A DNA stretch of 63,636 bases, the filler included, from Bipalium vagum (taxonomy: Eukaryota), in assembly GCA_037834085.1 (NCBI GenBank). It is 3 parts of 3 records of this genome, joined end to end, with 100 filler letters (N's around TTAATTAATTAA, not from the genome) between each part and the next. Parts side by side here need not be neighbours in the genome. Positions count along the whole stretch, not along the records: positions 1 to 16,609 come from JBBMKC010103060.1; 2 more parts are not named here. The stretch is one strand, 5' to 3'. Shown here one piece after another: positions 1-13,500 of this stretch (positions are counted from its first letter, which is position 1; each line of letters opens with the position of its first letter). The position numbers and the translations under genes are program-made. The notes beneath the pieces are model-generated. The model ran no database searches. It was not told the DNA's origin and saw only the letters and a program-made list of their open reading frames with translations.

Positions 1-540
1 AAGGACGATGTTTCACTTCTGAGGAAGAGTTGAAAAATGGCATGTTGGAGTTCTTCGCCTCGAAATCACCAGAGTGGCATTGAACAATTGACTCAAAGGT
101 GGCTCCAAGTAACTGAAAATGATTGATTGTACTTTGAGGAATGATTGTGATTTTTTTTTGTTATTCTTGTAATTGAATATATTGAATAGAAACGCTAATG
201 ACTTTTGACTCAACCTGGTATCTTCATGATGTTTGAGACTGTTGTATGGCAGAAATTTATTTTCTTGACAGTTTTAAGCAGGTTTTTATGGGTGGCATTG
301 TTGTAACTTCGTAAAAGTCCAGCAACAGCTGTTCCAGTGATCTTAAACTGAGCTCCATTATCTTTTCTGTTATCACATGTTCTTCCAAATTTCTCGATTT
401 CATTCAACATTTTGTACGCACCTCACAGGCTATATCCACTACTGCGCACAGCCTGAAGTCTGTCTTTTGTGCAGACGTGAACAGATGAACCTAGAATTCT
501 GTTTGCTGTATCACGCGATGGCATTGAATTTTTCATTTTG
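1..540 (-). mobile_element. Decayed Tc1/mariner-superfamily transposase, N-terminal part
   Basis: Broken minus-strand frames (MKNSMPSR...GAYKMLNEIEKFG...KITG...LLR...KKINFCHTTVSNIMK) resemble the paired HTH region of Tc1/maT transposases. Stops and frameshifts are present, and no catalytic motif is clearly seen. Confidence 0.45.
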
Positions 541-659
541 TAATTAAATATTGATCATTATAAATTCAATTTTTTATGTACAATATTAGCCTATAAATAT
601 GCTATTAAAATATATCTCAAACAACGAATGTGATACATTATAGAAATCGATAATATCTA

Positions 660-940
660 TTGTCAAGTAAGTATATTTCTGTTTTATTCCTTCCACCAAG
701 GAATGATGAATAAACGTTTGACCGAGTCAGACATTATTGAACACACCTCTTACAAACAGGCCCAGACACAATCCCTATTTTCCGAGAAATATACAATCAA
801 ATGATCCATCCTCCATTTACTCGATACACTAACGCACCGACGCAAGACACACAAATATTTTGCGACGAGATAATATTATAATAAATAACTATTAAGTTTT
901 CTTAAAAGTACTTCTTTTAATTAAAACTTAATTAATTATA

Positions 941-980
<40 letters not shown>

Positions 981-1126
981 CATTATTGTTGTTATTATTA
1001 TCATTATCATCGACACAATTCTAAATCTAGGGTTCGTGCCTTTGTCAACCCACAAAAATCTGAATGACCATAGATTTATCAGTTAAGAACGAATAATTTC
1101 TGAAAAAGTGATATTGAAGGTCTTAC
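660..1126 (-). mobile_element. Partial LTR-like element (copy E of a recurring family)
   Basis: Carries GTGCCTTTGTCAACCC (~1036), after a (TTA)n run, and ends in CTTACA, like copy D at 50293-51438. The left boundary is uncertain. Confidence 0.3.
943..1010. repeat. (TTA)n/(ATC)n microsatellite
   Basis: Imperfect trinucleotide run, directly visible. Confidence 0.9.
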
Positions 1127-1538
1127 ACAAATTTATTATAATGATACATAAATTTAAATTTAATGATACAAGAATTTAAAATAATGAAATGATCTTATGT
1201 TATGGAAAATAATTTATAATTTTTTATGATTTTTGTGTTATTTCTAATAGTTCAACAATTAGATATATTCTGAAATAATTTTTTGAGATATATGATACCT
1301 AATATAAATTTTATGACATTTATTTTTTATTTAAAAAATATAATAATTTAAATAATTTTTTAATCATTACAAGATAAATGATTATTTGATATTTTCCAAT
1401 AAACAAAATTTGTTTATATATTTCAATTAATTAATGCTAATCTTTGAAAGAAATAAATTAAATTAGAATATTTTGATTAGTATTTTTAAATTTATAGTCT
1501 TTTTGTTATAAATTTTATAGTCGAACCATTATATTGAT

Positions 1539-4500
1539 ATGTATATGTTAAGTAACTGTATGAAAATATTTTTTATATGTGTCTTTTACTTAATTGGATT
1601 AAATTCTCACTTTAATAATAAATATTTAAATGAATTTGTCGTAAAATGTCCTGGAGGATATTCTGAAGCAAAGAGTGTTGCAATACAGATGGGGTTTATT
1701 TTTCAAAGAAAAGTTTGTTTAGAATTTAAGAGTTTAAGTTATTTTGATTTAGTTGATTGGATTTGACGACTACTTTTTGTTGAAACGAAAGATCAATGAT
1801 AAGAAAGAAATGAAATTTCACACACACAGACTAAGGAGATCAACTAAGGTTTGTCTAATCTGATATAATAAATTTTTTTCAATCACGTTGATTAGATTAA
1901 TTGGGTTGAACAGCAAGTGTTATTAAAAAGAGTGAAAAGAGATTTTGATCCAAAATCTTTCAAATTTACTGATCCATTATATGAACTACAATGGTACTTA
2001 ATGAGATCTGAGATAAACAGGGATAAGGTAGATATGAATGTTGTTGAAGCATGGAAAATGGGTTATACAGGAAAAGGTGTTGTAATCAGCATTTTGGACG
2101 ATGGAATAGATTATCGTCATGAAGATCTTAAAGATAACTATGTAAGTCTGTGTGATTTAAAAATTTAATTGTTTTTGACGGATTTCAGGATAAAATGGCC
2201 AGTTTTGATTTAAATGGAGAGGATGATGATCCAATACCAAACTTTAAGTCTAGTGAAAATAGGTAAATATACTGATTTCGAGTTGAATTTTATAAGATTC
2301 AAATATTAAATGATTTAAGTAATTTACATGATACATAAAATCACCCAAGGGCTTATAAAGAAGTTTTAATATTAACTTACAATTTCATAAATTAGCAGTT
2401 ATAATCAATCTTTGGTCGTTCAATATATTTAAGAATTAATATTAAATATATTTTCAATTAGAATATTGATTGAAATATCTTGTTCGCAAATTTCTAATTT
2501 TTTTCTGGAATTTTAACATATAAAACGAATACCTTCATTATTTGAACGTGGAAATTTTTGATGATGATGAAACATCTGTACATCATTTGATTCAAGATTA
2601 TACTTTGTTACATTAGATTCTTACGATTTAATTCCTCTATTCGCATAATTTTGACTGCAATAAAACATTAATCTGTTTTATTCGTTTGAGAGGCCGTAAG
2701 TTTGAAAATGTTTAAGTTTTAAAAAGAATGATCTAACAAAAGGTAATATGATTTGTGAAACTAAAGAGAAATAAATAAAATTAAGAAATTTATGAAAATG
2801 TATGAGATTTCTTTTATTTGTCTTTTTGTCAGGCACGGAACTCGATGTGCCGGAGAGGTGTCAGCCAAGGCTAATAATTCACGATGTGGTGTAGGAATAG
2901 CATTTAATTCAAAGATTGGAGGTTAGAGAAATGTGTTGTTAGTTTTAGATTTCATTGTGTAAATATTAAAATTTTGGCGTTTATTCCTTGAAAATAAGGA
3001 AAGTTTTATTTTTTTTATTAATAAATATTAAACATCGATTTTATTTAATTTTAGTAATAAATTTTATTTGAAATGAAATAAAAATTAAAAAATCAGTTTA
3101 TTCTGTAGAAATAATCACATTATTAAACATTCTTCATGACATCTTAATTAATATTTACATTATGGTAATGCACTTCATTTTTTATTTATGTTATGTTTTT
3201 CATATTCATGTATTTTGAGAGCCAAATTTGAGATTTATTGAAGTTAAAACTTTTATAAAATTAATTTAACATGTAAATAGGTATATCCTGTAAAACCTTT
3301 GAAACAGTTTGCATTTTCTTTATATTCAAAAATTGTGTGGGTTCTGTTTTGTAAACGTGACTCAGTTTTCAATCAATGATCTTGATTATTTGTTTGTTTT
3401 AACTTTTTATTCTGTGTTGGTAATCAATTCAAATTATTTATTATTTTGTTCAAACTTAATGAAGCTAGAAATTTGAATATTTTTCTCAATCAAAAATGAT
3501 ATTTCGTTTGAAATTAATTATTTATCGATTTTTTAAATTTCATTTCAATGTTAGAATTTTGAGTTTTCTTGTTGATCATTAATTAAATGTGATATATTTA
3601 TTGTACAATATATAAATGCAATTCTTTAAAACTTATTATCTAGTCTGTACGTTTTAAAAGCAGTTTAATTTATAGTTTTAAGTTCGATATAATGAAGAAT
3701 AACAAGTGAGCAAGTGAAAGTGAATTATTTATATATTTGAAATTCTTCGTTCTTCCATTTCGTTTTCAGATATTTTTAATAAAGGAAGGAAAATATATTT
3801 AGTTCTACTTGTTACATGATATTTTTTGTGATTTTGATTTTATGCCTTAAAATTTTTTAATTTAGAGTATTAGTTCAGTTTATTTCAGAAAAAAATTTTC
3901 ATTCAAGTTAAAAAAGATGAAATAAAATTGAATTTATTTGTTTTATTTTAGTTTTTGATTGTTAACATAATATCGCTTAGCTATAAGAATGCTGGACGGA
4001 GAAGTTACTGATAGAATTGAAGCTGAAGCATTAGGATATAAACAACAATACATAGATATATATTCAGGAAGCTGGGGACCAGACGATAATGGCCAAAGAG
4101 TTGAAGGTCCAGCTCGTCTAGCCAAAGCAGCTTTTGAAAAAGGAACTAAATTCGTAATATTTTAATTATAAAGTTTTTAATTTTATAATAAAATCGGTAG
4201 AAAATGAAATTTTTTGTATTGATTTTTTTTAAGAACTGATGTTAAACACATCTTCCAATTGTCTTTTGTGTAATTTATTTATATTTACTAAAATCTTAGT
4301 TTTTGAAGAAACTCTAACCTAAGTCCTAAATATATTAGTTTATAGAAAAATAAAACTTTATTTTGTTTCTTTTGTTTTTATTAAAAAAATTTTTGTTAGG
4401 GAAGAAATGGACTGGGAAACATTTATGTCTGGGCCAGTGGTAATGGTGGAAAATTGAAGGATTCATGCTCTTGTGATGGATATGCCAGTAGTATTCATAC

Positions 4501-7500
4501 TATCTCAATAAGCAGTGTCAGTGAGCGAAATCTGAAGCCATGGTATTTAGAAAGCTGTGCATCTACCATTGCATCAACCTATAGTAGTGGAAATTCAAAT
4601 GAAAAAAAAATTGTTAGTTTACTTTTTACAAAATTAGTTTTAATTTTATCCTGACTTTGTTTAAAAACTATTTTACATTGATATTTTAAAATTTTTATAA
4701 AAAATTTAATTTCAATTCCAAGATTCAATTATATTAGTCTTTTATATTATTATAATTTTATAATATTATAATTGAATTGAGGTATTATAAGAATTAATGA
4801 ATTTTGAATTCATTAAACATCAATAGTAGATTATGATCTTAAATAAATTAATAAATATTTTAAAATCAATGATCATGAAGCTTCTTATTTTCCTTGAGGC
4901 AATAGGGATTAAATTTTATAAAAAATGTAATTTAAGATTTAGTTTTACCAAAATATTGATACGGGTTACCTACCATCTAAAAAAGTTAATAGATTATTAG
5001 AAATAATTATATATTCGTTATGTACGTAAATGCTTCCAGAAACTTAAAAAATTGATTAGCACTATTGATTTCAAATTATGAAAGTATCAGTGGGATGAAA
5101 ATTTATGTTAAAAAATGTAAAATTAAAATAAAGGCACTTGGTTAGTAACAATTTTTTCCTTACTCATCCTTTTTTCTGAAATCATTAATATTATTAATAC
5201 TTTTAAAAAGTACAATTATGATTTTTTAGATCTCTACAGACTTAAATAACAAATGTGCATTCGATCATACCGGGACATCTGCAAGTGCACCTCTTGCAGC
5301 TGGCATAATAGCTCTATTAATTGAGGCTAAGTAAGAATTAAAAATATTTTTAAATTTTCTCTTCATCTTTTAAGAATGTCCCTTCAAGGAAACATCCTTG
5401 AAATATTAATATTTGTTTTAATAGTCGAAACTTAACCTGGAGAGACGTGCAATATATTATTGTAATGACTGCAAATACAAACCCATTCGTCAAGGGAGAA
5501 TTCATTTTAAATGGTGCAAATCGAAAGGGTAAGTCAAATATTGTATTTTGTAACATATTAATATAATCAGTCATTTAATTCTAATATTAGCGAAAGTTCA
5601 CAACTTTTTGAAATTTCTTATACATAATGAAGAATTGGAATGAATAAAACTATGATTCATGATTGCAGAATGTCGTTTTTCATATAATTAAATGATTTAA
5701 ATTTAAATAGTTAAGCGAAAATAGATTTTCTCCTCCATAATTCTTGAGGAAAATACTTCATGCATATATATAAAATGCAAATTGTTATAATTCCTCTTCC
5801 TCAAATGACTATTTTTAAATAGCAAATATAACTGTTTAATTTTATAATTGATAGTATATTGAAATTTATTTAATATATTAAATATTTATTAAGTAGTTAT
5901 ATCTTAAGCGAAAATTAAAATAAACGCAAGTGAAGTTTTCTAGTATATTTTAGCTTTTATATTATGTTTTATTTTATTTTATATATATTGGAAAGATTAT
6001 TTTTAATTAAATTTACCTACCATAACATTTCTTAATATTAATAATTTAACTGATCATTAAATATTTATGAATAAATATATAATGAATATTTTTAATTTAA
6101 ATTAAATTTTTTCATATTATATTTTTTTAGTAAATGATTAATTTATTAATTAAATTGGTCTAAAATGTTTTTAAAAAAAATGTATATACATATATTATGT
6201 AACTTAAAAATAGTAAACAAAATAAAATTTGTGAAATATCATAATCACGGCTTAGTTTTTCTTATTTATTCGTTAATCTTTTTAAATCATTTCACGGTAA
6301 TGATACAAATTTAAAATTACTTGAGAGTATTATTTTTGAGATGTTTAAATAAAAATTAAACATCACTAATATTAAATTAGTGTTTTATTGAATAAATGTC
6401 TTATAATTTCTGCAATTGTGATGTATTTATAAATTGGTTTTAATGAAAATAAATTTTTAAGTGTTATTTCCAATTGCCTTGATTTTTTTCCTAGATTATC
6501 AATTCATATATTTTAAGCCGTTCATTATGTAACTAATTCAACTAATTATTTGAAACAATTATTGTATTTAGTAAAATTTATAATTTTCATTAGACTTAGA
6601 GGCTTTAGAGTTTTTGTTTTGGATTCTAATCTTAACTCGTATTAGATTAAAATTCATGTAACGTTTAAAGAGTTAACTAATTGTTTTAATTTAATTTTGC
6701 TTTTTTAGTAAGTAATTGGTATGGCTTTGGTCTCATGGATACGGGAAAAATAGTTCGACTGGGGCGTTTATGGAACACACTGCCAACACAACATCTATGT
6801 AGAGTTTCATTAAAAAACCAAAAAGTGTTAGATTTATACTTTCCTTGTTATATCGAAATATATATTATGTAATTTTTAGGTATCTCAGTGAATCTTTTAA
6901 AGCTAACCTGTCGGTTCAATGTTGTGAATGCAAAGATCTATTCAAAGTTAATTATATTGAACACGTTGTGTTATATTTAACGCTCGAATATCAAAGACGT
7001 GGCGATTTACGTATTCATTTAATATCACCGTCAGGTTAATGAATATATATTTTTAAAAAACGATATCTATACATTACCAAAATTGCATTGATTGATCATT
7101 TTGAAGAAAATTAATTATCTGTAATTGGCAGAAAGGTTTTTTCATTAATCATCAGTAAAGTTGATTTTTTTTCTCATAATGTTGAGAGGTCTGCCAGATC
7201 AGTGAAACGTTATATAAGTAGTTAAATAACAAAATATGTTTTGGAAAGTTTTGTTTCAGTGAAATAACATAAAAGTTTAAAGTCTAAAATTCTTGCAAAA
7301 AATATCTGTAAGAAATGATTATGATGGATGAAATGATTTTAAGCTCAATCTTGATTGCTTAAATGTTGACAACAGATTTAATTGGTTTTACCTAAATATA
7401 TGATTCTGTTTTTTATTATAATATTTATCCAGCTATTGTGATTAACGCTAATGTTTTTCCAAATAAATCTTCAAAAAGAAATATAAAAGTTTTTCGTGAA

Positions 7501-10500
7501 AGAATCCGGTGTAATCCAAAAAGATCAATGTGCAAAATGGACCTAGACATTAAAATTGATGAAAAGCATATTCGGAACATTATCAAAAAGGAATTACAAC
7601 TTAATCCAATCAAATTTCAAGCGGCTCATGTGTTGACTGATGCAATGAAGAAACAAAGATTGACAAAATGCAAAGTTTTGATGAATCGTCTAGGGTTCCG
7701 CACACATCAGTTGGTTCTTTGATTGGATGAGGCGTCATTTTCGATTGAGCAAAATTTCAAGAAACAGAATGACTGGATTTTATCAAGAATCGTTCTGACG
7801 CAAATTCTAAAGACAGGATTGTTAAAAAATTTGCTTGCGACACAGATTGGGTGGTTTGGGATGGTATCACCTTCGATGACAAAACCCCCTTTGGTTTTAG
7901 TCAAACCAGGCGTCAAAATAAACCAGCAGTATTATCAGGACGAAATTTTGGAAAAGATATTAAAGCCATGGGCCAAAAAACATTTTGGGCGAAATTGGCT
8001 GTTTCAACAGGACAGTGCATTGTCTTATGGGACACGAAAGACTATTGACTGGCTCAAATCTCAGAAGATTGAGTTCATTTCTCACTCTCCTGATATAAAT
8101 CCGATGGACTTTAATTTGGGATATCTTGAAAGCCAAAGCCTTGTCAACTTCTCACAAAGTTTAGATGATAGGAAATCAAAATTGATTAAGGAGTTGAACA
8201 ATATTACAGATGAAGTAATTCGTGTCGAAGTCAATGATGTCAAGCCTCAGAGCTTGCATTAAGGAAAATGGCGGATATTTTGAAATATAAGTTATTGTGT
8301 TAAGATGTTAATTTTTTAATTATTTGTCAATAAATTGGTAGAATGTTATTTTCGAAAAAATTTGATTTCATCCCCTTCTAAAACTTTTTCCGCACTATGT
8401 GGAGTTTGACTTTTAGATATTTTATAATATTTTCGAAATGACATGCACAATCTTATTTTTATTGATTTTTCTCAGGCACAAGATCAGAAATTCTTCCATT
8501 TCGTCCATACGATTCTGCTGCTGGTTCAACTACTTTCGATATATGGCCATTAATGTCTGTGCAGTTTTGGGGAGAGTCACCTTTCGGTTTATGGTCGGTA
8601 GAAGTTGATAATGCAGAAGCCAGATCCTCAAATTTTAAAGGCCTTTGGACATCCTTTATGTTAGAAATTTATGGGACCGAGGATTGGCCAGTTCGTCTGA
8701 AATCACCTAGTGAAAAGGATAACGACGTAATATTATCCCCAGAAAATGCATTTATTAAGCTTTTTAATTAGAACTGGTTTCAGCAATTTGAAAGATTAGT
8801 GGTAGAAGATACTAATGAAAATTATGATTTGAAAATTCCAGTATATACAAGAGGTCATTTAGACACAAATATCGATGGAATAGTTATGAAAAATATAGAG
8901 GTATTTCATATTATTAATTTTATTGTCATCAAGATTTTTTAAATCGAGTTATATACTCTAAATTTTGTACAACAATTTTCATCTTTCAAATCAATATATT
9001 TAATATTTTTCATTTTCTCAACATTAGAAAATAAAAAATTCATTTTTCTTACGAAAATAAATATGAAGCATTAAAATTAGTTTATGCACAAAATGTTATT
9101 GATAATAATTTTTAAAATTATTTTCTCATTAATGAATTTATTTTAATAGTAAACAAAATCCTTTTATAAAAAATTATTTATAAAATGTAATTCATAACAT
9201 TAAAACAAAACGAAATCTATGACAAAAATATTTTTCAATTAGAATTTATTAAAAAATTAATCGAAATGAAATTCCTAAAAATTATTTATTTGTTGTTTTC
9301 AAATACGAAACTCTGTTTAACTTTACATATGTGATTATAATAGGTGTCAAGAATCGATTTTTAATATGTAAATAAAAATGAGAAAATTTTTTGTGACTTC
9401 TAAATTTAGAATTCTTTTATCTATTCATAACTTTAATTGATTGTATTATAATTTTTCAAAATTTTTAATCAAATTTATAATTAGTTCAAATAAGTTTAAT
9501 TACCGTATTTTCAGATAGATAACGCGCGTTATAGATACCAAAATCTTCCATTTTTGTGAAAGAAACTAGGTGCTTGATATACAACAGGAATTATGATTAC
9601 ACAAACAATTATTGCATTATTAAAATAAAAATGGAAAAAATAAAAACTAAATGATAAATTTATTTTAAAATTAAAATTTATTCTTTAAACCCACTATTAT
9701 CATCGTCAGATGCAACAAATTATAAAGATTCCAATGATCTTAAGATTTCGGGTAAATTAGATATTTCTTATCTATCCTTACCAAGTCCAATCTCAGAGAT
9801 CAATTCTTTTCCAAAGAATACATTAAATTCATTAATAACACATGATTTCTGTACTTCATACCAACTATCAGTAATCCAGTTAGATATGCCACTCTCATAC
9901 CACTTTTGGTATATTCATGTAATTCTGCGACCTCAGTATAAGATTTCCGATTTCTTGACATGTTAATTTATTAATTTAATAAGAAAATCAAAGTATGGTA
10001 ATTAATTTTAAATTATTTGTTCGATAAACTTTTTTGAATTTCTATTACACTATTATTTCGCGTCATCTAATTGTATGTATTCGATTTTAAATTTGCACCA
10101 AAAATGTGTCCTACGCATTATCCACCCGGGCGCGTTATCTATCTGAAAATACGGTATAATTTTTTCTTTTATTTTAGAATTTTAATCGATCAATCTCTTG
10201 TATTACTCTTTGTTGTTAAAATGATTGAGTAATTGATAAATATCCAAAGGGTTTGAATATTTTTCTTAAGATATTTTATCTTATTCAGTCAATCGAAATT
10301 TTTCACTTAGAAATACTCTCCATTTTATATCTTTTTCTTTTATTTAGTGTGACAAAGAATGCTTCAATAATACGTGTACTGCTCAGGGACCAGAAAACTG
10401 CGATTCTTGTATTAATTATCGGACATATAATGGGTATTAAATTAGTCCTGCGATTACAAGTTTTTTAATGGCAACTTAATTAGAATTTGTGTTTCAAAAT

Positions 10501-13500
10501 GTCCTCCAGGGTCGTTTTTAGACAATAGTTCAAAGGTTTGTGAACCATGTCATCCTAGTTGTGATGAATGTTTTGGATATGGAAAGTTTAATTGTTCTCG
10601 TTGTCATTTCGGTGATATATATTTTCCAGCAACAAAACAGTGCAAAATATCAGTTTATGATTGCCCTAATGGATTTTTTAAAGGTGTTTTTAATGTTTTA
10701 ACAGTAGATCTTTAACAAAAATATCAGGAAATTATGTCATTTTAGTTAAGCGAAATATTAATTGTACGCATCAATATTATTTTAAATGAATTTATATATA
10801 AATTTTTTTTATATTAATTTAAATTTTAAGACACGGTTTTTAAAAAAGTAATTGTTCCTCTAATTTGTTTATATCGAAGTATTTTTATTCATACTTCACT
10901 ATTAAATTTCGTAAATTACTTTTTGCTATATAGAAAGTTTAATAAATCAACTTTCACATTAGATTTTATTTATGATTAATAAATCTTTTATTTTTATAGA
11001 AAATAATATTTGCAAAAATTGTTCTTCAAACTGTTCTGTGTGCATTTCAAGTACACTATGTTCGCAATGTGAAGATCCATTTGTTTTAACGTTGCAATCG
11101 AAATGTAGAAATAAGTGTGATATTGGATCATATTCTGATTCGAGAAAAAGATGTCGAGTTTGTCATATTGATTGTTTATCATGTATAAATGGTGACGCGG
11201 GTAGTTGCACAAGTTGTAATTATGGATCGTTTATAAATTCTCTTGACGTCAATAACTCAATTGGAAAATGTGTCAAAGAATGTCCGAATGGGTATTTCAC
11301 TAATCACACAATTGGATTTTGTTACAAGTAAAATTTCATTAAATGATGTGTTTATCATTAAACTAGTCAATATATTCTCAGAATTTGCACTTTGTGTAAA
11401 CTGTAGCATATGTTCATAATTTAAATAGAATCGATTGTTTTATATAGATAAGAATACTCTTCATAAAATAAAAATATAATATATATTTTTTAAATAATAC
11501 TTTTCAATTTTATAGGGTTCTCAAAATCTTATCATTTGTGTGATATAAATTGAATGTTTATTCTCTTTTTGTCAAACAGAATTTCATCAAGTTTCAGGTT
11601 TGAACGCTCTATACTTGATATATGTTCTATTTTATAAAATTCGTACAGTAAAATTTTTTTTATTATGTTATTATATTTATTTTTTCATATAGTTGAATCA
11701 AGAAGATTATTTTTTTAAACATTTTTATTTTTTTGTTTTTAAAAGACTTACTAGTTCTAATTTAATTCAATATCCAATTAGAATCGCAAAATTTAAAAAT
11801 TTTTAAAATGTAATATATTGATTTATTGAATAAATTGAAATTGAAGAAGAGAAAAATCATTAGGTGGAAAAAGATAATATTATTATATTTAATGACCTTA
11901 ATTTATTTTTTTTTATTTATAATATAATTTTTTATATATATAATTTTTTTTATTTATAATATTATTAAATTTAAATCCTATAATTTACTTTGGTTTATGA
12001 TTCATTTTAAAGTATTTTTACTTTAGGTGCCATAAAAATTGTAAAACATGTACAGGTCCATCTTCTGAAATGTGCACTGATTGTATTCCTCCTTTGGAAT
12101 TATCAAAAACAGGACATACTTGTATTGATCCTGTTTCTTACAATTGCCGACCAGGTGAGAAACACTTATCTAATGATCTTTTTAACTGTTAATATTATTT
12201 TAATAATAAATCTTAGACCAATTGAACAATACTCTAAGTCTTTCATCTTAAATAATTCAAGGAAAGTAAAGAGTAGACTACTTTAATGATTTGATTGTTT
12301 TATGATTGATTAGTGATTGAAATATATATAAATATATTATTATATGATCTTTTATCAATTATCTTTTATCTTTTATGACTTCCAAATTTTTACTAAAATA
12401 ATTGATCTTTTTAATATATATACTACCCGACAAATTATTTCCTCCCGATATTATTAAAATACAATAAAGATAAGAATTTGAAACCATAACTATAATTTAG
12501 GTGTTAAAAAGTTATTATTTATATCTGTATTTCCTTTAATATTACTTTTAAATGTTACCTTAAAATCATAAATGGCGTATTTTTAAACTAAATATGATGA
12601 TAAAATTTTTTACATCATTATTTATTTCATTCAAAATATTAAATTATTGTTAAATTGTTGAATAAAAAATTTTTTATTGAGATGCACAATGAAGGTAAAT
12701 CGTACAATGAAATTTCAAGAATAATGAAAAAGAGAAGTCTACAGTAGCTAAGATGATATCCCCTGTGTATCACAGGATAAATATACCATTTGTTAGACCT
12801 TCCCGTATAGGAACAAATGAGGAAAAAGTTATTGTTGAATCCGTAAGGCGGATTTAAAAAGAGCAAGAAAGAACTACATCTAGAAAAATAGAAATACAAC
12901 AATGCTGAAATGTTCATTAAGGACAATTCAAGCTGCAAACTTAGGTACAAAAAATTAAACCAGGAAATTATTCTCTCGAATGAACATAAAAAAGATTACA
13001 ACACATTCAGGAATGGATTGACCAAGGAGTTTGTTTCCTAGACGTAATTTTTACTAATGAAAATAGATTTTGTTATGATGGCCGGACAATTATAAGAGCT
13101 GGTGCTCTACGATAAGAAAGGCAGTCGAAAAGAACGACAGATGGGCGGAGGTGAAATCATGGGAATGCGATGGGATGAATTGAAGGAAATTTAAATGGCG
13201 AAAAATACAAAAACATTCTAAATGACTTATTTGTCATATTTATATGCCACAGTCTGTCTTTTTTGAAAATCTGTTAGCTTCACCATTTAATCTATATTCA
13301 TAATCTGGATTATTTAAAATTACACAAAATTTTAATTTACAAAAAACGTTTGCTAAACAAATACCCACATAATTTAATCGATTAAATTCTATTTTAAAAA
13401 GTTTATTATATAAAATTAAATTAAGAAAAAAACTAAAAAGAAAATTACAAAATTGTATATGAAAAATATAATGATCTGAATTTTTTGTGCGTATAGAATA

